31,422 nt of DNA, taken from IMG/VR virus record IMGVR_UViG_3300027159_000011, positions 1 to 31,422 of that record; one strand, given 5' to 3'. A program made the position numbers and the translations under genes. Positions 1 through 9,230 of the stretch are shown in pieces (positions within the stretch are counted from its first letter, which is position 1; each line of letters starts with the position of its first letter). The notes beneath the pieces were generated by a model. It searched no databases. It saw only the letters and a list, made by a program, of their open reading frames with translations, and was not told where the DNA came from. This DNA is from a virus. Taxonomy: Duplodnaviria; Caudoviricetes.

Positions 1-8
1 AATAAAAC

Positions 9-317
9 TCATGATTGTTTCCGCCAAGGCTTTTTAGCACCGTCTTTTGGTTTACCTTTAGCGGCCATTTCTGTTTTATATCCATTAAGGATAAACTCTA
101 ATCTATACTTATCAATCATAGGAGATTTTTCAATTGCTTTTTTTACCGCTTCCAGTTCCTTTCTTCTTTTATCCGAACATGATCGTTGAGTTTGTTTATG
201 TACAATACCATATAGTTCATATTGCTGAGATAGGCTTAAGGGTTTGATTAACTCTCTAGCTTCTTGGTCGTAATTACGATCTTCTACCTTTTCTTCATAT
301 CGCCATTTGCTACTCAT
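9..317 (-). CDS. hypothetical protein
   Basis: 102 aa ORF on the coding strand directly downstream of an early-type promoter (350-378); no recognised motif. Confidence 0.7.
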   Translation of the reverse strand: MSSKWRYEEKVEDRNYDQEARELIKPLSLSQQYELYGIVHKQTQRSCSDKRRKELEAVKKAIEKSPMIDKYRLEFILNGYKTEMAAKGKPKDGAKKPWRKQS

Positions 318-349
318 ATTATAACTCGCTTTATTTAATTTATATGGAC

Positions 350-378
350 ATTATAACATACTTTTGTCCGGATGTACA
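350..378 (-). promoter_or_regulatory. T4-early-type sigma70 promoter
   Basis: Minus strand TGTACA-N17-TATAAT with extended -10 TG. Confidence 0.75.
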
Positions 379-388
379 CCTTTATTTG

Positions 389-1075
389 CTATAATTTGCC
401 ATTCTCATACAATTCTTTTGTCATTATAAAGTCGCGTACAAATCCACTTCGTACAATATCGTCCCATTTAAATTCAATATGCTCAAAGCGATTCATGTGT
501 TCAATGATATTAATAAACTCTCTGATGCCATTCTTATCGTTATTACCTCTAAAGTCTGATTGGTAATAATCACCTGCCATTATAAATCGGCATCCTTCAT
601 CAAGTCTTGTGATGACTGAGCATAACTCGTGGTAGTTACAGTTCTGAGATTCATCGACTATGACAACCGCATTCTTAATTGTTAGACCTCTTATAAATGA
701 AGTTGTTTGGAACTCTACTATCTTTTTAAACTTAGTTAGTTTGTCCCATGCCTCGTTGTCGTCGAATAAATCGTTAATGATTGCTCTATAAGGTGCAGTG
801 TATGCGTCTTCCTTTTCTTCTTGTGTACCAGGTAGGAAACCCATATCCCTTGTTGGTACTGCTGATCGCACAATAACAACCTTTTCGTATTCTTTCTTTA
901 ACACAGCTTCGAGTGCTAGGTATAGAGAGATAAATGTTTTACCAGTACCAGCAGATCCATCTAAACACATATGATTACCAGAAGCAAAAGCCTCAAAAGC
1001 TTTCTTCTGATTATTAGTTAATGGAGCTAATTTAGCTAGGTGTTCTATTCTTAAAACTGAAGGCTTCTTACTCAT
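389..1075 (-). CDS. phoH: PhoH-family ATPase
   Basis: Walker A GSAGTGKT, GFLPG, RGLT, Walker B IVDESQN, TRL and GDYYQSD motifs typical of PhoH. Confidence 0.93.
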   Translation of the reverse strand: MSKKPSVLRIEHLAKLAPLTNNQKKAFEAFASGNHMCLDGSAGTGKTFISLYLALEAVLKKEYEKVVIVRSAVPTRDMGFLPGTQEEKEDAYTAPYRAIINDLFDDNEAWDKLTKFKKIVEFQTTSFIRGLTIKNAVVIVDESQNCNYHELCSVITRLDEGCRFIMAGDYYQSDFRGNNDKNGIREFINIIEHMNRFEHIEFKWDDIVRSGFVRDFIMTKELYENGKL

Positions 1076-1320
1076 TTGGTGTCAATCCGATGCCGATCCT
1101 GTGGAGGCATTCCGCTCTTAATTCTTTCTTGTACATCTTTCCATCCGCTGCCAGCCTTCGTTAATATGTCAGGGCCAGCTGAATAATTTAAAGATGCGAC
1201 TTTGGTGTACACTCGATGCAGGTGTGTATTATCTAATAAAAACTGGTCATATTCAGATATCTTAACCATATGTTCTTCGATCTCATCAGTCTCGATATTT
1301 TTAAAATCATACAATGGCAT
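1072..1320 (-). CDS. FmdB-like small protein lacking zinc-ribbon cysteines
   Basis: N-terminus MPLYDFKN resembles the MPxYxY/F start of FmdB-like proteins that commonly precede phoH in T4-like phages. Confidence 0.6.
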   Translation of the reverse strand: MPLYDFKNIETDEIEEHMVKISEYDQFLLDNTHLHRVYTKVASLNYSAGPDILTKAGSGWKDVQERIKSGMPPQDRHRIDTK

Positions 1321-1867
1321 AGTTGAACCACTCCGGTACGTTACGTTTAGTCCACTTCATTGCGAACCGCTCTTGTTTAGTTTGGTAAAATGCACGATAT
1401 GACCTAACCGCATCCTCGAACATACACTCTGGATTAGAGCCCATCGCTAATCTGAAAGGAGATTTGCGATCAGTATATTCAATATTCTTTGGTGGATTTC
1501 TTAATACAGTTGCAAGCTTTGTTTCAGTAGCATGAACTTTACCATACCTATATGTATACTCATCACAAAGGGCAATGAAATGTTTATAGTGCCAATCGTA
1601 ATTACTTGCATTTTCTCTAGACCAGACCGTACAAGGATGGTTCATATGTACAGCTTTGTATAGAATGTTTTCTTTGTAGCCATCAAGTTTCCAGTACTTA
1701 ACAATACGCTTACCGGATTTAGATGGTCGCATTTCAATTGTACCATCAAGCATTCGATGCACTGTAGAGAGCATCTGGCCAGATTCTACAACCATTTTTG
1801 GAATGTGTTTATCGCACTGTAATTGTGCTGCTTTCACGGGATCATTGTCTAAAATAAATATATTCAT
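1307..1867 (-). CDS. pyrimidine-dimer DNA glycosylase (DenV-related family)
   Basis: MNIFILD, DKHxxKMxxExxQMLST and YKxxHxNHPCTxW motifs. Confidence 0.8.
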   Translation of the reverse strand: MNIFILDNDPVKAAQLQCDKHIPKMVVESGQMLSTVHRMLDGTIEMRPSKSGKRIVKYWKLDGYKENILYKAVHMNHPCTVWSRENASNYDWHYKHFIALCDEYTYRYGKVHATETKLATVLRNPPKNIEYTDRKSPFRLAMGSNPECMFEDAVRSYRAFYQTKQERFAMKWTKRNVPEWFNYAIV

Positions 1868-1901
1868 AATGTATATTCTAATGTATATTTGAATGTATAT
1901 T
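1868..1901 (-). repeat. three direct repeats of AATATACATT with 12-nt period
   Basis: Plus-strand aatgtatatt at 1868-1877, 1880-1889 and 1892-1901, filling the leader between the -10 box and the ATG. Confidence 0.9.
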
Positions 1902-1927
1902 ATATCACAGTTTGAGTAAAAAGTAAA
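1899..1927 (-). promoter_or_regulatory. T4-early-type sigma70 promoter
   Basis: (G)TTTACT-N17-TATAAT with TGTGA before the -10 box. Confidence 0.8.
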
Positions 1928-1946
1928 CCCCCTTTCGAGGGTTTAC
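1918..1946 (-). terminator. Rho-independent terminator
   Basis: GTAAACCCTC-GAAA-GGGGGTTTAC hairpin followed by TTTTT, just after the stop of 1963..2127. Confidence 0.85.
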
Positions 1947-1962
1947 CTGAGTTTTTTTGCGG

Positions 1963-2127
1963 TTACCCTCCGGCGGCTAACATGTACCTAATTGTCTCGT
2001 CAATATACTCGGCTTTCCTTTGCATCTTATATGCTAGAGTTTCTTTACCTTTCTTCAATAAATTCTTACGATAGTGTAGTATCTCATTACGATCTTTTTT
2101 CAAACGTTCAATTTCTTGACAATTCAT
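1963..2127 (-). CDS. small basic hypothetical protein
   Basis: Track ORF 1963..2169; the more likely start is MNCQEIE at 2127, preceded by AAGGAAGG. Confidence 0.65.
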   Translation of the reverse strand: MNCQEIERLKKDRNEILHYRKNLLKKGKETLAYKMQRKAEYIDETIRYMLAAGG

Positions 2128-2177
2128 AAAAGCCTTCCTTATGTTAGTTATGAGTGTTATTACTATCATAATATAGC

Positions 2178-2594
2178 CTACTCTGCTATTAAATCAGGGA
2201 ACGCTTCCCGACATAGCTTTTTGGTTATGCCAATGTAATTTAAAGATCTATCCTTTGCCTTACATAGCATTTCGGCTTCAGCTGGAGATACTGCTTCCAA
2301 TAGCCGAATGAATTTGGACTCTCGTGTTGCTTGATTAATATCTTTTGACCATTTATTCTTAAAGAAGAATTTAAATTGGCTATCATGAGATGTAGCCAAA
2401 GTGGTTATTGGCTTTTCTGAAGGTGTATACGGCGGAGTTCCTTGTGGAACTAAACAGGTAATTGATTTATCAAAGTTCATTCTTAAAATGGTTCGCATGA
2501 TCCTTGAATCGTTTTCCTTTAAAGCTTCGAGTCGAGCTTCTCGAGTGGTCAGCTTATTAATATCTTTTAAAATCTGTACTATAGTTTTATCCAT
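2178..2594 (-). CDS. conserved T4-like hypothetical protein (DUF6433-like)
   Basis: PxGxPPY and RExxFIxLLExxxPxEAxxLxxxKD pattern, recalled from the gene downstream of rnh in marine T4-like phages. Confidence 0.7.
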   Translation of the reverse strand: MDKTIVQILKDINKLTTREARLEALKENDSRIMRTILRMNFDKSITCLVPQGTPPYTPSEKPITTLATSHDSQFKFFFKNKWSKDINQATRESKFIRLLEAVSPAEAEMLCKAKDRSLNYIGITKKLCREAFPDLIAE

Positions 2595-3444
2595 TGTAAA
2601 ATTCCTCTACTACTTCAATCAAATGTTTGCATCGTTTCTTAATAAGATAGTTTAGCACTTTCATTTTCATTGGCAGTTTTTGTGTGTTAAATGTATTTAT
2701 AATTTTTTGATTTAGATCATCAGGTGTTTCTGTTAGATCAATCAGTTTTTTATTGCGTTGGTAATTGCGATAAATCTCTTCTGGCATAACCTCTCTTAAT
2801 CTATCTGAAGACTCGATCCACTCGTCGATTCTGGTTTGACGTAATGGTGTCTGTTTGAGTGAGTCCACAAAAGTATTGTCTGCGGATAATATATTCGGGA
2901 CACCGTCTCCAGTATCGCCACGCATAATATGATTCCACATATATGTGAGAGGGTTTTTGTCTGCAACCATTTTCTTTTGAATTGGAGAAAACTGTTTAAC
3001 ATTGTTAAACCTATGTAATTGAATAAAATCTTTATCTGAGGATACGATCATTACTGGTTCGTGCTGGCCGAACTCTTGTGTTTGTAGAGCAAGAGTACCA
3101 ATAATATCATCAGCTTCTGCACCTTCAACTTGTATTACCTTATACGGAAAGTTCTCTCGTAACTCTTCTCGTATCGTATTAATAATTCTAAATACTTCCG
3201 GCCAATCCATATCAGATGAACTATCGCGCTTCTTTTTACGGTTTGCTTTATATGCTGGATATATTGTCTTTCGCCAATTGTTTGGACTATCAACACATAT
3301 AACCATTTGGCCATATTCTTTTCGGTATCGTTTATTGTACATGCGAATACTGTTTAGAATCATATGCCTTATCATGTTTTCATCATTTAACTTCTGCACT
3401 ATAATATTGCTTAGTGCTATCTGACTATAATCAAGTAATATCAT
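2587..3444 (-). CDS. rnh: T4-type RNase H / 5'-3' flap exonuclease
   Basis: MILLDYSQ start, WRKxxYPxYKANR, EADDII, SSDKDFxQL and GDxGDGVPN motifs. Confidence 0.93.
   Translation of the reverse strand: MILLDYSQIALSNIIVQKLNDENMIRHMILNSIRMYNKRYRKEYGQMVICVDSPNNWRKTIYPAYKANRKKKRDSSSDMDWPEVFRIINTIREELRENFPYKVIQVEGAEADDIIGTLALQTQEFGQHEPVMIVSSDKDFIQLHRFNNVKQFSPIQKKMVADKNPLTYMWNHIMRGDTGDGVPNILSADNTFVDSLKQTPLRQTRIDEWIESSDRLREVMPEEIYRNYQRNKKLIDLTETPDDLNQKIINTFNTQKLPMKMKVLNYLIKKRCKHLIEVVEEFYNG
2694..2701 (-). promoter_or_regulatory. T4 late promoter box (internal to rnh)
   Basis: Exact TATAAATA about 100 nt upstream of 2178..2594; could be chance in AT-rich DNA. Confidence 0.5.
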
Positions 3445-3802
3445 TATCTTCTGGTTCACCCATTCTATCTTTTAGTTCTAATGCTTTTAGTTTAATATAG
3501 AAACTATCAGCATCCTTTTGTAACCTATGGTCAAGTCCTAAATATCTGACAAACATTGTATGCATAATATTAACTAACACGTGAGCATCTCTTGCTTCAG
3601 GATACTCTTCGTCTCTCATGTTAAAACCTTGCAACCAATCAATACCATCTTCTTCAATAAGTCGTTCTATCTCATCGCTCATTGTAAGAATCAGATGCTG
3701 CGCAACGTCTACAGCTTCGCATAGATATTCGTTAAGGATTTCTGTCTCATCCCTTGGCGTGTCTACTACTTTTCCCGAAGGAAACTCTATTATCTTTCCC
3801 AT
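3431..3802 (-). CDS. hypothetical protein
   Basis: 123 aa acidic ORF with N-terminal KIIEFP; ATG lies 9 nt after a -10 box. Confidence 0.75.
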   Translation of the reverse strand: MGKIIEFPSGKVVDTPRDETEILNEYLCEAVDVAQHLILTMSDEIERLIEEDGIDWLQGFNMRDEEYPEARDAHVLVNIMHTMFVRYLGLDHRLQKDADSFYIKLKALELKDRMGEPEDNDIT

Positions 3803-3811
3803 AATGTGTAT

Positions 3812-3840
3812 ATTATATCACACTCTCTGTTATTTGTACA
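3812..3840 (-). promoter_or_regulatory. T4-early-type promoter giving a near-leaderless mRNA
   Basis: TGTACA-N17-TATAAT with TGTGA extension and upstream A-tract. Confidence 0.8.
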
Positions 3841-4255
3841 GGGTTTTTATTGCATTACCACCAAGTTTTATTTGAATGATTCCATTATAATAGTCATCAG
3901 TTAGAAGAACACCTCGATCGAATTGTTCCTTAGCTTCTAAATAAGCACACTCTCCTCGAGTCCTACATAGATGAAGAATCTCTCGTGTAAATAGACCCTC
4001 ACCATGTTTTTCTACATCTGCTTTTAAATGCTTGTTAGATCCATAATAAGTTTTCCAATCACTCTCAACTAATAAGCGTTGGCGACGTTTTCGTGTCTTA
4101 GTCTTAGGTTTAGTTTTCTTAAACCAGAAGAATTTCTTACCCACATACATTTGGCCTGTCTGAGTGTTTGTAATTAAATACACAAATCCATATAGTTCCT
4201 TTGGATCACACTCTTCAGGCAGTAAGTATTCTTCTTTGTTATAAACCCATTCCAT
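3830..4255 (-). CDS. stand-alone GIY-YIG family endonuclease
   Basis: GFVYLITN...YVGKK variant motif, conserved E (YLEAKEQ) and YYN. Confidence 0.8.
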   Translation of the reverse strand: MEWVYNKEEYLLPEECDPKELYGFVYLITNTQTGQMYVGKKFFWFKKTKPKTKTRKRRQRLLVESDWKTYYGSNKHLKADVEKHGEGLFTREILHLCRTRGECAYLEAKEQFDRGVLLTDDYYNGIIQIKLGGNAIKTLYK

Positions 4256-4410
4256 TATTCGTTAAAATCTAGCTCAAGGTCTTCAGTGAGTTGCTGTTCT
4301 GCACCACAATAAGGGCAATGGATAGTTTTTGGTGGTTCGTCCTCAAATGTAATATCACATGTTGAAAAGCAGTTGATACATTCTAGTGAAACTTGGCCAG
4401 CTTGAAACAT
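4255..4410 (-). CDS. small zinc-ribbon protein (51 aa, not in ORF track)
   Basis: Hand translation MFQAGQVSLECINCFSTCDITFEDEPPKTIHCPYCGAEQQLTEDLELDFNE; CxxC..CPxCG; AGGAG SD; TAATG overlap with the next gene. Confidence 0.85.
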   Translation of the reverse strand: MFQAGQVSLECINCFSTCDITFEDEPPKTIHCPYCGAEQQLTEDLELDFNE

Positions 4411-4419
4411 TAGCGCTCC

Positions 4420-4650
4420 TTAATTATCTTTGTTTTGAATCCAACGACTAAACTCTGGATAGCCACCAATTGGTGTATCATCTGAGCTAATCTGTGGTAC
4501 AGACATTGCATTTGGAAATATTTCTAATAGATCTTCCTTAGTGTAATCAACACCAAGCTTTTTATACACATACTCAATGCCACCTTGTTCTGCAATATTC
4601 TTAGCCATATCGCAACGAGGGCATTGATCTTTTCCGTAAATATTAATCAT
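4420..4650 (-). CDS. glutaredoxin (NrdC/NrdH-like)
   Basis: CPRC active site, SVPQI and IGGY motifs; follows nrdB. Confidence 0.9.
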   Translation of the reverse strand: MINIYGKDQCPRCDMAKNIAEQGGIEYVYKKLGVDYTKEDLLEIFPNAMSVPQISSDDTPIGGYPEFSRWIQNKDN

Positions 4651-5723
4651 AAACTTAAACCTTTTAGTACGTTATCGTCAACATCTTGTTTTACACCACC
4701 AACAACGTAAGAGCTAATTTCTGTTTCTTGTGGTGCTACTTGTACATCGCTTCCACCAATCCACTTCTGTGTCCATGGTAGAGGATTAGCCTGTGGTACA
4801 GTGTATGAGCAAGGAAGACTTAATGCTCTCATTCTTTTACAACCAATCCATTCTATATATTCTTTTAGAATAGCCTCATTTAAGCCAATCATTGAGCCAT
4901 CTCTAAAGAGGTAATGTGCCCACTCTTTTTCTTGCTCGATTACTGATTCAAATAGTTTTACTACATCTGATTCCATTTCCTTTGCAATCTTAACAAAGTC
5001 TTTGTCTTCTAGTAATAGCTTCTTGATCATCATCGTAGTACCAGCAAGGTGAGTGTTCTCATCTCTTGCGATAAACTTAATAATCTTAGCATTACCTTCC
5101 ATCTTCTTTAGCTCAGCAAATGCCCATGAACATGCAAAGGATACATAGAACCTAATACCTTCAAGAGCATTAGCACTCATTAAGCACATCCATATCGCTC
5201 TCTTATGATCCATCTTACTAATATCTTTATTCTCATTTGCTTCAATAAGAGTATCATAGTATTGTGCGATGTCCTTACCGCACTCGAGTATTTCCTTAAC
5301 ATCTAGCATTCCATCAAATACGAACGAAGGGTCTGGATAAATGTTACGGATAATATGTGTATACGATCGACTATGAATAGTTTCAAAGAACGACCAGGTT
5401 TCAATCCAGTTCTCTACTTCAGGTAAAGAACAGATGGGTAAAAATGCTAGGTTAGGCGCACGACCTTGTACAGAGTCGAGCAATATTTGTCTCTTGAGAT
5501 TAGAAGTAAAGATATGCTTTTCATGCTCAGTTAATGCATTAAAGTCTTTCTTATCTTTAGAAATATCTACTTCTTCTGGACGCCAAAAGAATCCTAATTG
5601 CTTTTCTGTTACCTTATCAATTGCTGGATACTTTAGCTCATCAAATCTTTGAATATCAACCGCCTCATCAAGAAACATTTTCTTTGTTAAGTGTGATTTT
5701 CTATTCTTTTTCAATACTGTCAT
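4647..5723 (-). CDS. nrdB: ribonucleotide reductase class Ia beta subunit
   Basis: FFWRPEEVD, DSVQGR, ETIHSRSY, EGIRFYVSF, DENTH and APQETE motifs. Confidence 0.97.
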   Translation of the reverse strand: MTVLKKNRKSHLTKKMFLDEAVDIQRFDELKYPAIDKVTEKQLGFFWRPEEVDISKDKKDFNALTEHEKHIFTSNLKRQILLDSVQGRAPNLAFLPICSLPEVENWIETWSFFETIHSRSYTHIIRNIYPDPSFVFDGMLDVKEILECGKDIAQYYDTLIEANENKDISKMDHKRAIWMCLMSANALEGIRFYVSFACSWAFAELKKMEGNAKIIKFIARDENTHLAGTTMMIKKLLLEDKDFVKIAKEMESDVVKLFESVIEQEKEWAHYLFRDGSMIGLNEAILKEYIEWIGCKRMRALSLPCSYTVPQANPLPWTQKWIGGSDVQVAPQETEISSYVVGGVKQDVDDNVLKGLSL

Positions 5724-5737
5724 TTATATTCCCTTTA

Positions 5738-8056
5738 TTAGATTTTGCACGATTCACAATCGTCTTCGTCGTAGTCTGACATTACATTAGCAGCATCATC
5801 AACAGCCGAAGGTAAGTCATCTTTCATTTCTCCAGCACCATCAAAGGTGTTGAAATAGTACAATTGCTTTAATCCAAACTTATATGCAGTAACCAAATCT
5901 TGTATCATAACTGACATTGGAATTTTATTATCTTCAAAGTGTTCAGGGTTATATGAAGTGTTGACCGATATTCCCTGGTCAATATACTTCTGTAGGATTG
6001 CACATATTTTTAGATAACCATCTGGTGATTTCTGATCCCATAAGAGATCGTACTTATTTTTTAGATGGTGGTAACCGGGTACAACTTGAGCGAGTACGCC
6101 ATCCTTACTTTGCTTATATGAAACCAAAGCGCGAGGAGGTTCAATACCGTTTGTACTGTTACTAATTTGTGCGGATGTTTCTGCTGGCATTAATGCCATT
6201 AGAGTGCTATTACGAATACCTGTCTCTTTTAACTGAGACCGTAATGAATCCCAAGGTAGACGTTCGCTATGCTCTATTAAATTATCTACCGCACTCTTAT
6301 ATGTATCAATTGGAAGAGCTCCAGAGCCGTATTTTGTCTCATTATTTAAAGGAATTTTGCCTTTTTCTTTAGCAATATCTGCAGAAGCTTTAATGAGATA
6401 ATAAGACCATGCCTCAGCATATTGATCAACCGTTTCAAATGCGCCTTCGTCGTATTTCATTCCACGTTTAGCTAAGAAGTATGCAAGGTTAATAACACCA
6501 ATACCAAGTGGCCGACGATTCATTGTGCTACGTTCTGCCGCTTTAACTGGATAGTCTTGATAGTCTAATAGTTCATCAAGAGATCTCACAGCTAGATCAC
6601 AATACTTCTCAAACTCAGATGGATCATTAATCAAACCCCAGTTAATTGCAGATAGAGTACAAAGAGAGATTTCACCTTCTTCATCGTCTGCTGAACTAAG
6701 AGGTTTAGTTGGTAGATCGATTTCACAACATAGGTTACTCATTTTAATTGGAGCAACCTTAGGATCGAATGAGCCATGATCGTTAGCATGATCAACATTC
6801 ATTACGTATATTCTACCAGTGTCCTTACGTTCTGTTAGTAATGATTGGAATACTTCTAAAGCTGGTAAAGTTTTCTTACGGATAGAACGAGTCTTTTCGT
6901 ACTTTTCATATAACTCTTTAAACTTATCTTGATCATCAAAGAATGATTCATATAAACCAGGAACATCGTTTGGATCAAAGAAGCTAATCTCACCGCCTGT
7001 AATTAGACGCTCATACATTAGCTTGTTTAGTTGGAAGGTATAATCCATGTGACGTACACGATTCTCTTCAGTACCTTTGTTGTTCTTCAATACAACTAGA
7101 TCTTCAAACTCATAGTGCCAGATTGGTAGATAAACAGTAGCTGCACCACCGCGAACACCGCCTTGAGAGCATGACTTAACCGCTGATTGGAAGTACTTAA
7201 GGAATGGAATCAAACCTGTATGTACTACTGAACCATCACCAACTCTTGAACCTTCTGCTCTAATTGAACCAGCACCAATACCAATGCCAGCTTTCTTAGA
7301 GATATATTTTACGATACTGGTAGAAGTAGCATTAATACTATCAAGAGAATCGCCTGATTCAATAAGCACACAGCTTGAGAACTGGCGAGTCGGAGTTCTA
7401 ACTCCTGCCATAATTGGAGTGGGTAACGAAATATAGAAGAGAGATATCGCATCATAGTAGTCCTTAACGTATTTTATTCTGGTTTCTTTTGGATAGTTAA
7501 TAAAGAGCGTAGCAGCAACCATCATGTACAAGGTCTGAGGTGTTTCGTAATGTTGCTTTGTTTTACGATCTTGAACAAGATACTTACCACGGAATTGTTC
7601 CATACCAGCATAGGTAAACGAATCATCACGATCATGTTTGATATAAGCATCTAGCTCATCAATTTCTGTATGCTCGTATTGTTCCATAATAGAACCATCA
7701 TATACTCCACGGCTTACATTCTCAATAATAATACGCTTAAGAGTCCATGGCGTATATTGACCATATACTTCTTTACGCAACTTATAAGAGATAAGTCGAG
7801 CAGCTACAAACTGATAATTTGGTGTGTGTTCTGAGATAAGCTCAGCTGCTGATTTAATTAACAGCTCATGAATATCGTAAGCAGGTATTTTATCATATAG
7901 CTGGATATTAGCTTTCAATTCAATCTCTGACATTGATACGCCAGCGATACCTTCAATTGCCCACTCTAAAACCTTGTGAACTTTTTCCAAGTCAAACTCT
8001 TGAGACGTGCCATCACGTTTGGTGACCTTTATAGACATAGTATTATTTCCAATCAT
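5738..8056 (-). CDS. nrdA: ribonucleotide reductase class Ia alpha subunit
   Basis: ATP cone (VTKRDG), QFSSCVL, SQGGVRGG, SNLCCEI and C-terminal CESCKI; the start may be the Met at 8038. Confidence 0.97.
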   Translation of the reverse strand: MIGNNTMSIKVTKRDGTSQEFDLEKVHKVLEWAIEGIAGVSMSEIELKANIQLYDKIPAYDIHELLIKSAAELISEHTPNYQFVAARLISYKLRKEVYGQYTPWTLKRIIIENVSRGVYDGSIMEQYEHTEIDELDAYIKHDRDDSFTYAGMEQFRGKYLVQDRKTKQHYETPQTLYMMVAATLFINYPKETRIKYVKDYYDAISLFYISLPTPIMAGVRTPTRQFSSCVLIESGDSLDSINATSTSIVKYISKKAGIGIGAGSIRAEGSRVGDGSVVHTGLIPFLKYFQSAVKSCSQGGVRGGAATVYLPIWHYEFEDLVVLKNNKGTEENRVRHMDYTFQLNKLMYERLITGGEISFFDPNDVPGLYESFFDDQDKFKELYEKYEKTRSIRKKTLPALEVFQSLLTERKDTGRIYVMNVDHANDHGSFDPKVAPIKMSNLCCEIDLPTKPLSSADDEEGEISLCTLSAINWGLINDPSEFEKYCDLAVRSLDELLDYQDYPVKAAERSTMNRRPLGIGVINLAYFLAKRGMKYDEGAFETVDQYAEAWSYYLIKASADIAKEKGKIPLNNETKYGSGALPIDTYKSAVDNLIEHSERLPWDSLRSQLKETGIRNSTLMALMPAETSAQISNSTNGIEPPRALVSYKQSKDGVLAQVVPGYHHLKNKYDLLWDQKSPDGYLKICAILQKYIDQGISVNTSYNPEHFEDNKIPMSVMIQDLVTAYKFGLKQLYYFNTFDGAGEMKDDLPSAVDDAANVMSDYDEDDCESCKI

Positions 8057-8073
8057 TGCTTTATAATGGGTAT

Positions 8074-8102
8074 ATTATATCACAAATTAGTGTAAAAGTA
8101 AA
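8074..8102 (-). promoter_or_regulatory. T4-early-type promoter for nrdA
   Basis: (G)TTTACT-N17-TATAAT with TGTGA extension. Confidence 0.8.
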
Positions 8103-8105
8103 CAA

Positions 8106-8465
8106 TTATTTTGATTTAATTCGTTTTTCTATCCAAATAGGCATTTCACCACTAGGTGCTATATTCTGCAACTCTGTAGTAAGATGTTTAGCCAACTCTT
8201 TTCGTACCGTTGGCAATGCCCATATAATACCAAGATCTTCTTCTAATGCGTCTAGGCGATCAGCTTGTAGAGGAAACTTCTTGCGAAACTTAGCATCTTT
8301 TTTAGCTACTTCGAGATCATACTTATCAGCAAAGTATTCCATATACTGATCGACCTTTTGTTGAAACCAGATGCCGCCTTTTGTATCTTGAAACCATTGG
8401 TAGAATGAACTACCAATGATGCTTGAAAGAATAGATTTTAATGCTAATACGCCTAACCAACTCAT
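8106..8465 (-). CDS. hypothetical protein with hydrophobic/amphipathic N-terminus
   Basis: 119 aa; abuts the lipase stop with no gap. Confidence 0.7.
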   Translation of the reverse strand: MSWLGVLALKSILSSIIGSSFYQWFQDTKGGIWFQQKVDQYMEYFADKYDLEVAKKDAKFRKKFPLQADRLDALEEDLGIIWALPTVRKELAKHLTTELQNIAPSGEMPIWIEKRIKSK

Positions 8466-9230
8466 TTATGATTTCTCCTTTACTACTCGTGCTACGTTAT
8501 TTACATAATTACCTATGCCATGATCTGTAAACATATCGAAGAATTTACCTTGCTTCCAGCCAGCCCAAATGCCACGGAACATGTCCTTAGTTTTTTGCCA
8601 TGCACTTAAATCGCGAACGTTACCATAGGCGTTAAAGTAAATGCATTCACCATCATGTTTAAAGAACAATAATGCTGGTGGTACTTTACATACGATATCG
8701 TTATTATTAACAAAGCGATAGTGAGGGCAATCTAATGTGTTAACAAATTTAGCATTACCAACTCGTGGTGAACCAAACGTATATACTCCCTTGGCTTCGC
8801 ATCGACTTGCTGCGATTGTTGCCATACCTCCACCGAGTGAATGGCCAGTGACATATACATCTCTTGGCTTTTGGCGTTGATCGTTTTTAATTAATTCTAA
8901 TTTAAGATCGTCCCACAATTCATCTACTTCGTCCTGGAAGCCACTATGAACTCTACCACCTGCTTGAGCTTTACGCTTTAATACTTTTAAATCAGCCAAC
9001 ACATCATTTAGCTTTGAGGGTTCTGTGCCTCGGAATGCAAACCATAATGTTGTTGGACTATATGCTACTAATACTTCTGCACCATCTTTAGCAATCAATC
9101 GTGCCTTTGTGAATCCCATTGCTTTACTTGCTTTCTGACCTTTGGTTGCATTCATATAAGCAATTGCTGATAAATTTGCAGCAACCTCTGCTCTTTCCCA
9201 TTTAGTCATTTCTTTTTTAATCTTTGTCAT
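8466..9230 (-). CDS. class 3 lipase (alpha/beta hydrolase)
   Basis: AFRGTE, VHSGF, nucleophile elbow TGHSLGG, YTFGSPRVGN, NNDIV (Asp) and C-terminal DH (His). Confidence 0.92.
   Translation of the reverse strand: MTKIKKEMTKWERAEVAANLSAIAYMNATKGQKASKAMGFTKARLIAKDGAEVLVAYSPTTLWFAFRGTEPSKLNDVLADLKVLKRKAQAGGRVHSGFQDEVDELWDDLKLELIKNDQRQKPRDVYVTGHSLGGGMATIAASRCEAKGVYTFGSPRVGNAKFVNTLDCPHYRFVNNNDIVCKVPPALLFFKHDGECIYFNAYGNVRDLSAWQKTKDMFRGIWAGWKQGKFFDMFTDHGIGNYVNNVARVVKEKS

Noticed and set aside
4647-8056. Introns or inteins in nrdA/nrdB
   Set aside because: Both ORFs are continuous and of normal length.
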